From Gammaproteobacteria bacterium (GTDB taxonomy: Bacteria; Pseudomonadota; Gammaproteobacteria; VBWC01): DNA of 64,000 nucleotides. Both the position numbers and the translations under genes were made by a program. Each line of letters starts with the position of its first letter. The stretch's first letter is position 1. The notes beneath the pieces are model-generated. The model was not told where the DNA came from and made no database searches. It was given only the letters and a program-made list of their open reading frames with translations. Below are positions 34,032 to 44,497 of the stretch, piece after piece. The stretch spans positions 9,939-73,938 of the forward strand of contig JAHFRU010000007.1 of assembly GCA_023266115.1 (NCBI GenBank), in the 5' to 3' direction.

Positions 34032-34529
34032 CTATCCGGATCGCGCGGCGGCGGCCTCGGCCTTCATGTCGACGCCGCTGATCACAGCCGTAACATTACG
34101 CGTCGGCTCGGCAACGACCTTTTTTCCGGACAACTTGGTTTCCATGTCGATGCTGCCCTTGAAGGTACAGCCATCCTCCATCGTCACACGCGGGGCGATG
34201 ATGTTGCCACGCACGATGCCGCTTTGCTTCACCAGCACCTGCTCCTCGGCGTACAGATTACCCTCGACGTGACCATCGACACGAATAACCTTGGCGTAGG
34301 CATCGGCGTTCAGGCGGCCACTCTTGCCGACCACCAGACTATGCTGCTTGAGCGTCACGGTTCCCTCGACGGTACCATCGACCGTCAAGTTCTCGTCGCC
34401 GGACACATCGCCCTTGATGCGTATCGTGGAGCCTATCGTTGCCTGGGCTCTGGGCGCCTGCGGCTCACGCGAGGCGGCACTGGTCTGCGGTTCTGGCTGC
34501 TGGACTTCTGGTTCTGATCTTTTAAACAT
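34032..34529 (-). CDS. Bactofilin (polymer-forming cytoskeletal protein, CcmA family)
   Basis: 165 aa from the ATG at 34529 (GGAGAA upstream). Beta-helical repeats are IKGDVSGDENLTVDGTVEGTV...VVGKSGRLNADAYAKVIRVDGHVEGNLYAEEQVLVKQSGIVRGNIIAPRVTMEDGCTFKGSI. The longer ORF upstream is repeat sequence. Confidence 0.85.
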   Translation of the reverse strand: MFKRSEPEVQQPEPQTSAASREPQAPRAQATIGSTIRIKGDVSGDENLTVDGTVEGTVTLKQHSLVVGKSGRLNADAYAKVIRVDGHVEGNLYAEEQVLVKQSGIVRGNIIAPRVTMEDGCTFKGSIDMETKLSGKKVVAEPTRNVTAVISGVDMKAEAAAARSG

Positions 34530-34692
34530 GGAATTCTCCTTCCAGTGTCGTCGTTTCCACGCCGTATTCCAGTGGAACCGGTAGTTTAAACACAAGTGTG
34601 ATGCGACGCGACTACCTTTTATCCCGATTTGCGCCGTTGACCGGAAAGTGCAAGCAATGTGCCATGACGTTTTTATGGCTGACGGGTGTAGC

Positions 34693-34929
34693 GCAATGAC
34701 GCTGCTCTGTGCGTCATTGCGGGCGGAGCGTAGTGTAGACCCGGAATCCAGCCCGTAGCGGGACCGCGGTGCTCCCGATTGCACGGACCCTTCGTAACCG
34801 GATGGCCTGGATTCCTCGGCGGCTGTTCCTGACGCCGCTCTCGGTCCTTGCTCCCGGCAGGACTCTACCTCGCGCATCCGTGCGCTCGTACCTCGTCCAT
34901 CCATAGACTCGCGCTTGCGCGGGAATGAC
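34693..34929. repeat. Cluster of R1-type palindromic repeats
   Basis: gtcattgcgggcggagcgtagtgtagacccggaatccagc...ctggattcctcggcggctgttcctgacgccgc...gcgcgggaatgac. Confidence 0.75.
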
Positions 34930-34948
34930 CTAAGAATACTGGCGCGAT

Positions 34949-37861
34949 TCATTCCGCGCCGAGAAATTCCTTCCAGATGTGCCGCACTTCTTCGCGATAG
35001 TCGCTGAACTCGCCAGCGGCGATGACGGCCTTGTGCTCCTGTAATGCCAGTCGATGCACCTCGGCGCGATAGGCGCGGTAGGCATCGGCCAGCATAGCGG
35101 CGTTAGTTGCCGGCATGATGCCGGTGCTGCTCAGCGTGTCGAGCAGGCGGATGTTGTCGGTCCAGCGCAGCAACTCCGGATACTGGTGCGCATAGCGCAG
35201 CACGCCGTACTGCACGATGAATTCAATATCGGCAATACCGCCTTCGTCCTGTTTGAGATCGAACTGCCCCGGATCACGGCTGCCGTGCTCGGCGGACATG
35301 CGCGCGCGCATGTCGATGACTTCGCCACGCAGCTTGTCGACATCGCGCGGCGCCGACAACACCTCGTCGCGTATCGCGTCAAACCGCCTGGCCAGTCCCT
35401 CGTCGCCGGCGACGACGCGCGCACGCACCAGCGCCTGATGCTCCCAGGTCCACGCCTGCCGGCGCTGATAGTTCGCGAATCCGTTGATGCCGGTCGCCAG
35501 CAGACCCGACGCGCCTGATGGCCGCAGTCGCATGTCGAGCTCGTACAGCACACCGGCCGACGTGGCGGTGTGCATCATATGAATGATGCGCTGGCCGAGG
35601 CGCACGAAGAACGTCGCGTTGTCGATCACCACCGGTCCACTGGTCTGCGGGATGTCACCGGTGTCGTCATGGATGAACACCAGATCGAGATCCGAACCAT
35701 ACCCGAGCTCGATGCCGCCCAGCTTGCCGTAGGCGACGACGATAAAGCCGGCCGCTCGCTCCGCGCCATCGACCCGGAGCCGGGGATTGCCGAACTTCGC
35801 GGCGACATGGCGCCACGCAAGCCCGAGTACCTGCTGTAGCGATACGGTGGCAATTTCCGTCAGATGATCGCTGACGACCATCAGCGGGTAAACCCCGGCG
35901 ACATCAGCAGCGGCGACGCGCAACACGTTGGTTTGCCTGAACAGGCGCAGCGCCTCCATCTGCGCCTCAAGATCATTCCCGGGCACGCGCTCCAGCATCT
36001 GGACGATCTCGGCCACAAGCGACTGCCGATCGAGCGGAGCATACAGTGTGCGCGGGTCCAGCAACTCATCGAGCAGTATCGGACTGCGCAACAATAATTG
36101 ACTGATCCACGGGCTTGCCGCGGCCAGTTTGACGAGCTGCGACAACGCCAGCGGATGCTCCACCAGCAAGCTCAGATACGTGGTGCGCCTGGCAATCGTC
36201 TCGATCAGGCGGAGCAGTCGCTGCAACGTAACGGCCGGATGCCGCGCTTTCGCGACGGCTGCCAGCAACAGCGGCATCAGCTGGTCAAGACGTGCGTGAC
36301 CTTGCGGAGTCAACGCACGAAACGCACTGCCATTGCGCAACTGCGTCAGCAGACGCGTGACCTCGCCAACGTCGTCGTAGCCCGCCTGTGCCAGCGCGGC
36401 CTGCGATTTCTCAACGTCGAACCGGCCATGCCATACCGCTGCCAGTCCCGAGTCCTCGCCAACACCCTGGTCCGCCTGCGGCATGGCAATCAGTTGTTCA
36501 AAATGCCCGTGGACGTGCCGCATATGACGCGTCAGTTCGTTTTCAAAATCGGCGGCACTGGCATGGCCCATCGACAATGCCAGCCGCTCCCGGTCGGCGG
36601 ACTGCACAGGAAGCGTGTGCGTCTGCTCATCGTCGTACTCCTGCAGCCGGTTCTCGACGCGACGCAGGAACCGGTAAGCGGCGATCAACTCATCGACGAC
36701 ATGCCGCGGCAGATAGCCGCTGTCCGCGAGCCGCTTCAGCACCTGCTGGATCGGCCGCTCCTGCAACTCGATCTCCCGTCCACCGCGAATCAGCTGGAAT
36801 GCCTGACCGATGAACTCGACCGCGCGGATACCGCCGGCGCCCAGCTTGATATTGTGTTCCATGCCCTTGCGCCGGACCTCGCTTTCGATACGCTGCTTCA
36901 TCGCGCGCAGCTCATCGAAACTGCTGAAATCCAGATAGCGGCGATAGACAAACGGCCGCAGGATCTTCATCAGACCATCGCCGGCGCCGGTATCACCGGC
37001 GACGACACGGGCCTTGATCATCGCGTAGCGCTCCCACTGCCGGCCGTGCGCCTGATAGTAGGCTTCCAGCCCCTCGAAACTCATGGCCAAAGGACCGGTA
37101 CTGCCGAACGGTCGCAGCCGCATGTCGACACGATAGACACGGCCGTGCTCGTTCGATTGCTCAAGGATGTTGACCAGCGCGCGGCCGAGGCGCACAAAGA
37201 ACTCCTCGTTGCTCAGCACCACACGACCGCCAGCGATTTCACCGTCCTCCGGGAAGGCGAATATCAGATCGATATCCGACGAGAAATTCAGTTCGCCGGC
37301 GCCGAGCTTGCCCATGCCGAGCACGACCATATGTTGCGCGTGACCGGTATGCCGGCCGAGCGGCCGGCCGATCTCCTCGCATTGCCACTGATGCAGTCTG
37401 CCCAATGTCTGATCAACGATCGCACAGGCCAGGCGCGACAGATCCGCCAGGGTCTCGTCCAGCGCCGCCCAACCGGCGAGGTCGCGCCAGGCGATGCGCA
37501 CCATCTCCCACCGGCGCAGCGACCGCAGGCGGTCGCCCAGTTCATCAAGCGTAGTCGCAGGGGCAATCGCGACGCGCACCATTTCAATATAGTCCGCTTC
37601 GGCACGAACGTGCTGCAGATCGCCGGAACGGAGCAACGCGTCAAACTGTCCCGGATAACGAATGCACGACTGCGCGATGAAGCGGCTGTAACCCCACACG
37701 CGCGGCAACGCGTCGGCGACACCCGCCGTAAGTTGCGGCGCAACGCCGTCCTCCTGAGCGGCCTTGCGGAAGGATTCAAGGTCGGCCGCGACACGCCCGA
37801 GCATCTCGCGGGGGAAGGTTTCAGGCAGTGCGGCAACGTCCGCGAGCGTCGGCATGGTCAT
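34949..37861 (-). CDS. glnE: Bifunctional glutamine synthetase adenylyltransferase/adenylyl-removing enzyme GlnE
   Basis: About 970 aa with two nucleotidyltransferase halves (GMGKLGAGELNFSSDIDLIF and AYGKLGGIELGYGSDLDLVF). Start is MTMPTLADV at 37861. Sequence upstream of that is repeat. Confidence 0.92.
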   Translation of the reverse strand: MTMPTLADVAALPETFPREMLGRVAADLESFRKAAQEDGVAPQLTAGVADALPRVWGYSRFIAQSCIRYPGQFDALLRSGDLQHVRAEADYIEMVRVAIAPATTLDELGDRLRSLRRWEMVRIAWRDLAGWAALDETLADLSRLACAIVDQTLGRLHQWQCEEIGRPLGRHTGHAQHMVVLGMGKLGAGELNFSSDIDLIFAFPEDGEIAGGRVVLSNEEFFVRLGRALVNILEQSNEHGRVYRVDMRLRPFGSTGPLAMSFEGLEAYYQAHGRQWERYAMIKARVVAGDTGAGDGLMKILRPFVYRRYLDFSSFDELRAMKQRIESEVRRKGMEHNIKLGAGGIRAVEFIGQAFQLIRGGREIELQERPIQQVLKRLADSGYLPRHVVDELIAAYRFLRRVENRLQEYDDEQTHTLPVQSADRERLALSMGHASAADFENELTRHMRHVHGHFEQLIAMPQADQGVGEDSGLAAVWHGRFDVEKSQAALAQAGYDDVGEVTRLLTQLRNGSAFRALTPQGHARLDQLMPLLLAAVAKARHPAVTLQRLLRLIETIARRTTYLSLLVEHPLALSQLVKLAAASPWISQLLLRSPILLDELLDPRTLYAPLDRQSLVAEIVQMLERVPGNDLEAQMEALRLFRQTNVLRVAAADVAGVYPLMVVSDHLTEIATVSLQQVLGLAWRHVAAKFGNPRLRVDGAERAAGFIVVAYGKLGGIELGYGSDLDLVFIHDDTGDIPQTSGPVVIDNATFFVRLGQRIIHMMHTATSAGVLYELDMRLRPSGASGLLATGINGFANYQRRQAWTWEHQALVRARVVAGDEGLARRFDAIRDEVLSAPRDVDKLRGEVIDMRARMSAEHGSRDPGQFDLKQDEGGIADIEFIVQYGVLRYAHQYPELLRWTDNIRLLDTLSSTGIMPATNAAMLADAYRAYRAEVHRLALQEHKAVIAAGEFSDYREEVRHIWKEFLGAE

Positions 37862-37967
37862 CAACGCGAGCTTAACGGGCGTGAACAGGGCATGACAATA
37901 GGATACTCCGTGGCACACCTCTCTTTCCGGGGAGTGCCGTGAGAGTCCAGGTTTATCGCGGTTGGAT

Positions 37968-38334
37968 GGACTGGATTCCTCGGTTGCTGTTCCAGACAAA
38001 ACCCCCGGTCCTCGCTCCCGGCAGGACTCTACCTCGCGCATCCATGCAGTCGTGCTTTCGTGAGAGTGTCACCCCCACTTCCGTCATCCCGGGCGGAGCG
38101 AAGCGAAGACCCGGGATCCAGCCCTTATCAGAGCCGCTGCATTCAGTACACGTGGGCCTGTCGTAACCGGACGGGCTGGATTCCTGCTTTCGCAGGAATG
38201 ACGCTGCTCTGTCCGTCATTCCGGGCGGAGCGTAGCGTAGACCCGGAATCCAGCCCTTAGCGAAGCCGCTGCATTTCCACTTTCATAGGACAGTCGTAAT
38301 CTGAGGGACTGGATTCCCGCGTACGCGGAAATGA
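37968..38334. repeat. Cluster of three or more R1-type palindromic repeats
   Basis: Successive units end in ...aggaatgac and ...ggaaatgac. Contains cattccgggcggagcgtagcgtagacccggaatccag and ggattcccgcgtacgcggaaatgac. Confidence 0.8.
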
Positions 38335-38487
38335 CGGCAAGGCGATTAATCAGCTTCCACAGGTAATGCTCAATTAAGGTAACGCGAAAAAAAGCTTTGA
38401 CCGCGAGAAATGCAATCGTGACGGGAATGGAGAAAAGAAAAACCGCATGCCGCGCGTTGGCGGCATGCGGTTTGGATCGGGGCGGGT

Positions 38488-39438
38488 TTACCGGCCGACG
38501 ATCAGGGCGCCTTTGCCGGCTTTCGGGTCGGCGTCGGGCTTGTTCATCAGCACGGTGATCGCGCCACGCATCGCTGCGCCCATGGTGTGGTCGACGATCG
38601 CGTTGTTAGTCGGACGATCCGCCGGCGAGACGATATCCAGCGTGGCCGCTTCCGAAACGCCGAGCTGGTACGTGGCCATGCCATAAACCACGTTCTTCGG
38701 GTTGCCGTTCGGATAGACGCGATCCCAGATGCCAGCGATCGGGTGAATCGCCGCCGGCAGGTTCACGTTCGCGTTGACGTAAAAGATACGCACGCGCTCA
38801 CCCGGCTTGGCTTCGAGCACCTGACTGGCGTTCGGATCATGCACCGGATCGTAGTGGAACATCTTGCCGTTGATCAGCGTGCCGCTCCAGCCCTGGTTTT
38901 CCATGATCGCGTGATCGTCGTCGGCCTTCGGGAAGAACTGCCCCTGCACCAGGACGTACTCGCGATCGGGCTTCGGATAGCGCTCGCTGTAGCCTTCCTT
39001 CGGATCGACGATGACGATGCCGTACATGCCGCGCGCGATGTGCTGATGCATCGGCATCGAGCCGCAGTGGTACATGAACACGCCGGGATACTTGGCGTCG
39101 AACTTGAACTTCTTGCTCTCGCCCGGCTTGATGGGGGCGAATTCGCCGAGCACATCGACGATCGCGGCATGGAAGTCCATCGAGTGGCTTTCCTTGTTGG
39201 TCGCATCGTTGATCAGTTCGAAATCCACGACGTCGCCTTCCTGGACCCGCACGACCGGACCGGGGATGCCGCCGTCATACGTCCAGGCCGGATACTCCGT
39301 GCCCTTGTTGTCGATCGCCACGGAATTCTCCTTGGCGTGCATCGTGACCTTGACCGTCTTGGCCAGCGCCGCGCCGGTGTAACTACCGGTCAGGATCGCC
39401 GCGACGGCCATTGCCAGTACGCTTTTCTTGAGTGTCAT
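38488..39438 (-). CDS. nirK: Copper-containing nitrite reductase NirK (two-cupredoxin-domain)
   Basis: Signal peptide, then HSMDFH (H-x2-D-x-H, T1/T2 Cu ligands and catalytic Asp) and YHCGSMPMHQHIARGM (H-C...H-x4-M). Confidence 0.8.
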   Translation of the reverse strand: MTLKKSVLAMAVAAILTGSYTGAALAKTVKVTMHAKENSVAIDNKGTEYPAWTYDGGIPGPVVRVQEGDVVDFELINDATNKESHSMDFHAAIVDVLGEFAPIKPGESKKFKFDAKYPGVFMYHCGSMPMHQHIARGMYGIVIVDPKEGYSERYPKPDREYVLVQGQFFPKADDDHAIMENQGWSGTLINGKMFHYDPVHDPNASQVLEAKPGERVRIFYVNANVNLPAAIHPIAGIWDRVYPNGNPKNVVYGMATYQLGVSEAATLDIVSPADRPTNNAIVDHTMGAAMRGAITVLMNKPDADPKAGKGALIVGR

Positions 39439-39534
39439 GACATGCTCCTTTGTTGACTGATGATGATTTCGATTGCCCCCATACCGCGAGCCGCTCTCCT
39501 GCGCCCCGCTGTGTAACTTGCGTCTACCTTGCTC

Positions 39535-39903
39535 TCACTTGCTGCCATACGTGCATTGACACAGTTTGCGCAGGTGCGCGACGAGGCCCCTGATCTCCTC
39601 GTCGTTCAGAACGTCGCCCCACGCCGGCATCAGCACCGATTTGTTGATCGCTACACCGCCTTCCTTGATTACCTTGAACAGGTCGTCATCGGAGCGCGCC
39701 GCCATCGCCTCCGCATCGGTGTGGTCGCGCGGCTGCACCGACATGTCGCGGACGTTGATGCCCTTGCCATTACCCTGCAGGCCGTGGCACTGCACGCAAT
39801 AGGTACGGTAGTTGTCCTCGGGTTTTTCCGCGGCCTGAACCGCCATGGCCCACAGCAGCGCCGCGCCGCAAACGAAGGCGCCGGGAAATCGATACGCGCT
39901 CAT
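39535..39903 (-). CDS. ncgC: Monoheme cytochrome c (NcgC-like)
   Basis: 122 aa from the ATG at 39903 (ATGA overlap with the upstream gene). Signal peptide and a single CVQCH heme motif. Confidence 0.75.
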   Translation of the reverse strand: MSAYRFPGAFVCGAALLWAMAVQAAEKPEDNYRTYCVQCHGLQGNGKGINVRDMSVQPRDHTDAEAMAARSDDDLFKVIKEGGVAINKSVLMPAWGDVLNDEEIRGLVAHLRKLCQCTYGSK

Positions 39904-40604
39904 CGTTCGCTCTCCTCGCTCAGCAACCGCAGGTAGTGCACGAGCTTCTGCAGATCGGTGTCGCTGAGATGCTTGTTGGGCATGAAGGTCTTCGGGTCCC
40001 ACGCCTGCGGATTGCGCAGGTAACTGATGAGGTAATCCTCCTGCAGGCGCGCGCCGGCGGTGTAGACCTCGGGACCGGACAGCCCGCCGAAGCCCGGCTC
40101 GATTTCGTGACAGGCGAGACAGCCGCGGAACTTGTCGAACATCATCTCGCCGGTGCTGCTGGAGATGGTGCCGGGCGTGTACGCGCCCGCCGTCACAAAA
40201 TCGCTGCCGGATTTGCGCTGCATCAACACGGCGGTTACTGCTTTCGCATCCTCCGGCGATAGCGCGGGATGCTTGTCCAGCGTTGCGTCGTCGATCTCAT
40301 CACTCTTCGGTCCCGGCTTGATGTGCGCGGCGTAGAACATGCCGGCCGGGCGAATGCGCGTCGGCTTCTGCAACCATTGCTGCATCCACAGCGCCTTGTA
40401 TTTATTGCCCGCGTAGAAAAGATCGGGGCCCTTGCGGTCCCACAGCGCCTGCAGCGTCGCGGGCGCCGGACCGGTCAGGTTGTGGCAACCCGCACACCGT
40501 GATGCCAGCAGTTGCTCGCCGTCGGCCGCGGCGCACGTCAATACAACGCTGAACAACGCTGTGCCGGCGACGAACCTAATCGTCAGATTCGGTCGTCGTT
40601 TCAT
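39900..40604 (-). CDS. ncgB: Diheme cytochrome c (NcgB-like)
   Basis: Two CxxCH motifs (CAGCH, CLACH) and a signal peptide MKRRPNLTIRFVAGTALFSVVLTCAA. Confidence 0.75.
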   Translation of the reverse strand: MKRRPNLTIRFVAGTALFSVVLTCAAADGEQLLASRCAGCHNLTGPAPATLQALWDRKGPDLFYAGNKYKALWMQQWLQKPTRIRPAGMFYAAHIKPGPKSDEIDDATLDKHPALSPEDAKAVTAVLMQRKSGSDFVTAGAYTPGTISSSTGEMMFDKFRGCLACHEIEPGFGGLSGPEVYTAGARLQEDYLISYLRNPQAWDPKTFMPNKHLSDTDLQKLVHYLRLLSEESER

Positions 40605-41709
40605 GTCCACCTCTCCTGCGCTCCGCACGACCCTTCGCTTCCAGCGGCACGCCCGCGAAGTGCGCGTTGCTGTGCAGCCCGTACGGCTTTTTCATCGACT
40701 CACTGTAGTAAAAGTCCGGATCGTTGTCCGGCAGCGCACCGTGCGGATCGCCTTCGACCGCCGGTTCGATGCCGTCATAGACGAACATCGTCATGACGCC
40801 GCCGCCGTGTTTGCCGTTGTTGGTCACCTGCGGATCGACGTGATCGTGCACCATGAACAGTCCGGGGTTGTCCATTTCCATGATGGCGTCATAGCGCTCG
40901 CCGGGACCGATCAGCAGCGTGTCGACGTAATAAGGCGCCGTCAGCGGACGTCCGTCCTTGTGCGTGACGAGCATGTCGTGGCCGTGGGTGTGTATCGAGT
41001 GGATCTCCGCGCCTGCGCCGAACAGCCGCAGCCGCACCACGTCACCCTCTTTCACGTGGATGGGTTGCGTCATCGGGAATGCGCGGCCGTTGATCGAAAA
41101 GTAGTTCGGTACATCGCGCGGCCCACCGCCGTTTCCGAGCTTCTCGGCGTAGTCCGAATCCCATGAACTGAGCATCATGATCACGTCCTTCGTGACCTTC
41201 TTTTCAAGCTTCGTCGGCTTCGCCGGATCGACGATCAGCGGGCCCCACATACCGCGGATGCCGACGTGCTCGCTGACGTTGACGTGGCAGTGATACCAGA
41301 GGCTGCCGGTCTTTTCGGCCTTCCAGTGATAGGTGAACGTGTCACCGGGCTCGATCGCCTTCTGCGTTACGCCGGGAACGCCGTCGTTCTTCCAGTTGTT
41401 GCGCTGGTAGAGGCCGTGCCAGTGGATAGTGTGCGGCAGCGTGGTATTGTTGACGACATTGACCGTAACATCGTCGCCTTCACGCACATGGATCAGCGGA
41501 CCTGGCACCTGGCCGTTGAACGCGAACACCTGATAGCTCAGGCCGGGCGCGACGTCGATCACGCGCTCTTCGATGGTCAGATTGAATTCCCGGTCCTGGG
41601 CCTGCGCGGCGCCAGAGGCCAGCAGGACAACAACGGCGAGCAGGCATAATGTGGCGCTGAACCGATGCGGCGAAACAAAATCAACGGCCTGTCGATGTGC
41701 GGTATCCAT
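40576..41709 (-). CDS. ncgA: Two-domain multicopper oxidase (NcgA-like, T1 Cu in N-terminal domain)
   Basis: HTIHWHG, WYHCHVNVSEHVGIRGM, HSIHTHGH and MVHDH copper motifs. About 377 aa, so two cupredoxin domains. Confidence 0.8.
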   Translation of the reverse strand: MDTAHRQAVDFVSPHRFSATLCLLAVVVLLASGAAQAQDREFNLTIEERVIDVAPGLSYQVFAFNGQVPGPLIHVREGDDVTVNVVNNTTLPHTIHWHGLYQRNNWKNDGVPGVTQKAIEPGDTFTYHWKAEKTGSLWYHCHVNVSEHVGIRGMWGPLIVDPAKPTKLEKKVTKDVIMMLSSWDSDYAEKLGNGGGPRDVPNYFSINGRAFPMTQPIHVKEGDVVRLRLFGAGAEIHSIHTHGHDMLVTHKDGRPLTAPYYVDTLLIGPGERYDAIMEMDNPGLFMVHDHVDPQVTNNGKHGGGVMTMFVYDGIEPAVEGDPHGALPDNDPDFYYSESMKKPYGLHSNAHFAGVPLEAKGRAERRRGGHETTTESDD

Positions 41710-41845
41710 AGTCCACCCCTGCGATCAGCGTGGTTCTCCGCCCGAAGCGCGACGCTTACGCGTTAGTAAAAACATAGCTCACAATAACTACTGATGATCA
41801 CCCGGATGTTTCCGGATCGCGTGCGACAAACACGCATCCTCTGGC

Positions 41846-41878
41846 CCATTAACGTGTATTTATAATACATGTTAATGG
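41846..41878. promoter_or_regulatory. Putative NsrR operator (33-bp near-perfect palindrome containing TATAAT)
   Basis: ccattaacgtgtatt-tat-aatacatgttaatgg, with 15-nt arms and one mismatch. The core AACGTGTATTTATAATACATGTT resembles the 11-1-11 NsrR box as I recall it. It lies in the AT-rich divergent region between ncgA and nsrR. Confidence 0.7.
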
Positions 41879-41978
41879 GTATACTGTTCAAGCACGGTGC
41901 TAATGTCAAGACCTCGCCTGCGGATTCTGGCAAAATCCACGTAACCACCGGCGTATTAACGAGTGGCACTCACTGACG

Positions 41979-42446
41979 ATGCAACTGACGCTCTATACCG
42001 ACTATTCGCTACGTGTCTTGATCTATCTGGGCGCCAATCCGGAGCGCTTGGTCACGATCGGCGAAATCGCGACCAGTTACGGCATTTCCCGTAACCACCT
42101 GGTGAAGGTGGTACACAATCTGGCAACACGGGAATTTATTCGGACAACGCGCGGCAAGGGCGGCGGCATGCAGTTGCGCAAGGCCCCCGGCGACATCAAT
42201 CTCGGCGACCTGGTACGCCGGACCGAGGGCGGTTTTGAACTGGTGGAGTGCCTGAACCAAATCACCAATACCTGCCCGATTGCCGCGGTATGCGGGCTAA
42301 AAGGGTTCGTGAGCGAGGCGCTCGACGCATTCATCGGCGTGCTCGACAAATATACGCTCGCCGACGTGCTGCACAACCGCCGCCAGCTCAGCGATATCCT
42401 GCGTCTTCACCCTGCAAAGCCCGCGCGCGCTGCCCGGCGGCCGTAA
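41979..42446 (+). CDS. nsrR: Rrf2-family NO-sensing repressor NsrR
   Basis: 155 aa. N-terminal wHTH MQLTLYTDYSLRVLIYLG...IGEIATSYGISRNHLVKVVHNL. Three-Cys cluster region CLNQITNTCPIAAVCGL. Confidence 0.85.
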   Translation: MQLTLYTDYSLRVLIYLGANPERLVTIGEIATSYGISRNHLVKVVHNLATREFIRTTRGKGGGMQLRKAPGDINLGDLVRRTEGGFELVECLNQITNTCPIAAVCGLKGFVSEALDAFIGVLDKYTLADVLHNRRQLSDILRLHPAKPARAARRP

Positions 42447-42475
42447 TCGCAGCCACAAGATCGGATCGCGCGCTT

Positions 42476-44488
<2,013 letters not shown>

Positions 44489-44497
44489 GTTTGCTCA

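Noticed and set aside
34530-34952. N-terminal extensions of the bactofilin ORF (to 34952) and of glnE (to 38041), abiEi (to 22255) and abiEii (to 21203).
   Set aside because: The extensions run through R1 repeats or upstream genes. Internal ATGs with good RBS or overlap signals give proteins of canonical length.
36098-37942. 614-aa plus-strand ORF, and similar long ORFs at 47212-48828, 54417-55985, 18645-19616, 2692-3768, 4747-5739, 9573-10292, 12698-13585, 51634-52539 and 62204-62953.
   Set aside because: All lie antisense or out of frame to strongly supported genes (glnE, SBP, lon, hsdM, nrtA, the porins, mscS, ppiD, MFS). Their Arg/Ala/Gly/Pro-rich, low-complexity composition is typical of shadow ORFs in high-GC DNA.
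37968-38334. Possible CRISPR array, because of regularly recurring ~35-40 nt repeats.
   Set aside because: The units are palindromic REP-type hairpins with variable length, orientation and spacing. There is no constant repeat/spacer periodicity and there are no cas genes.
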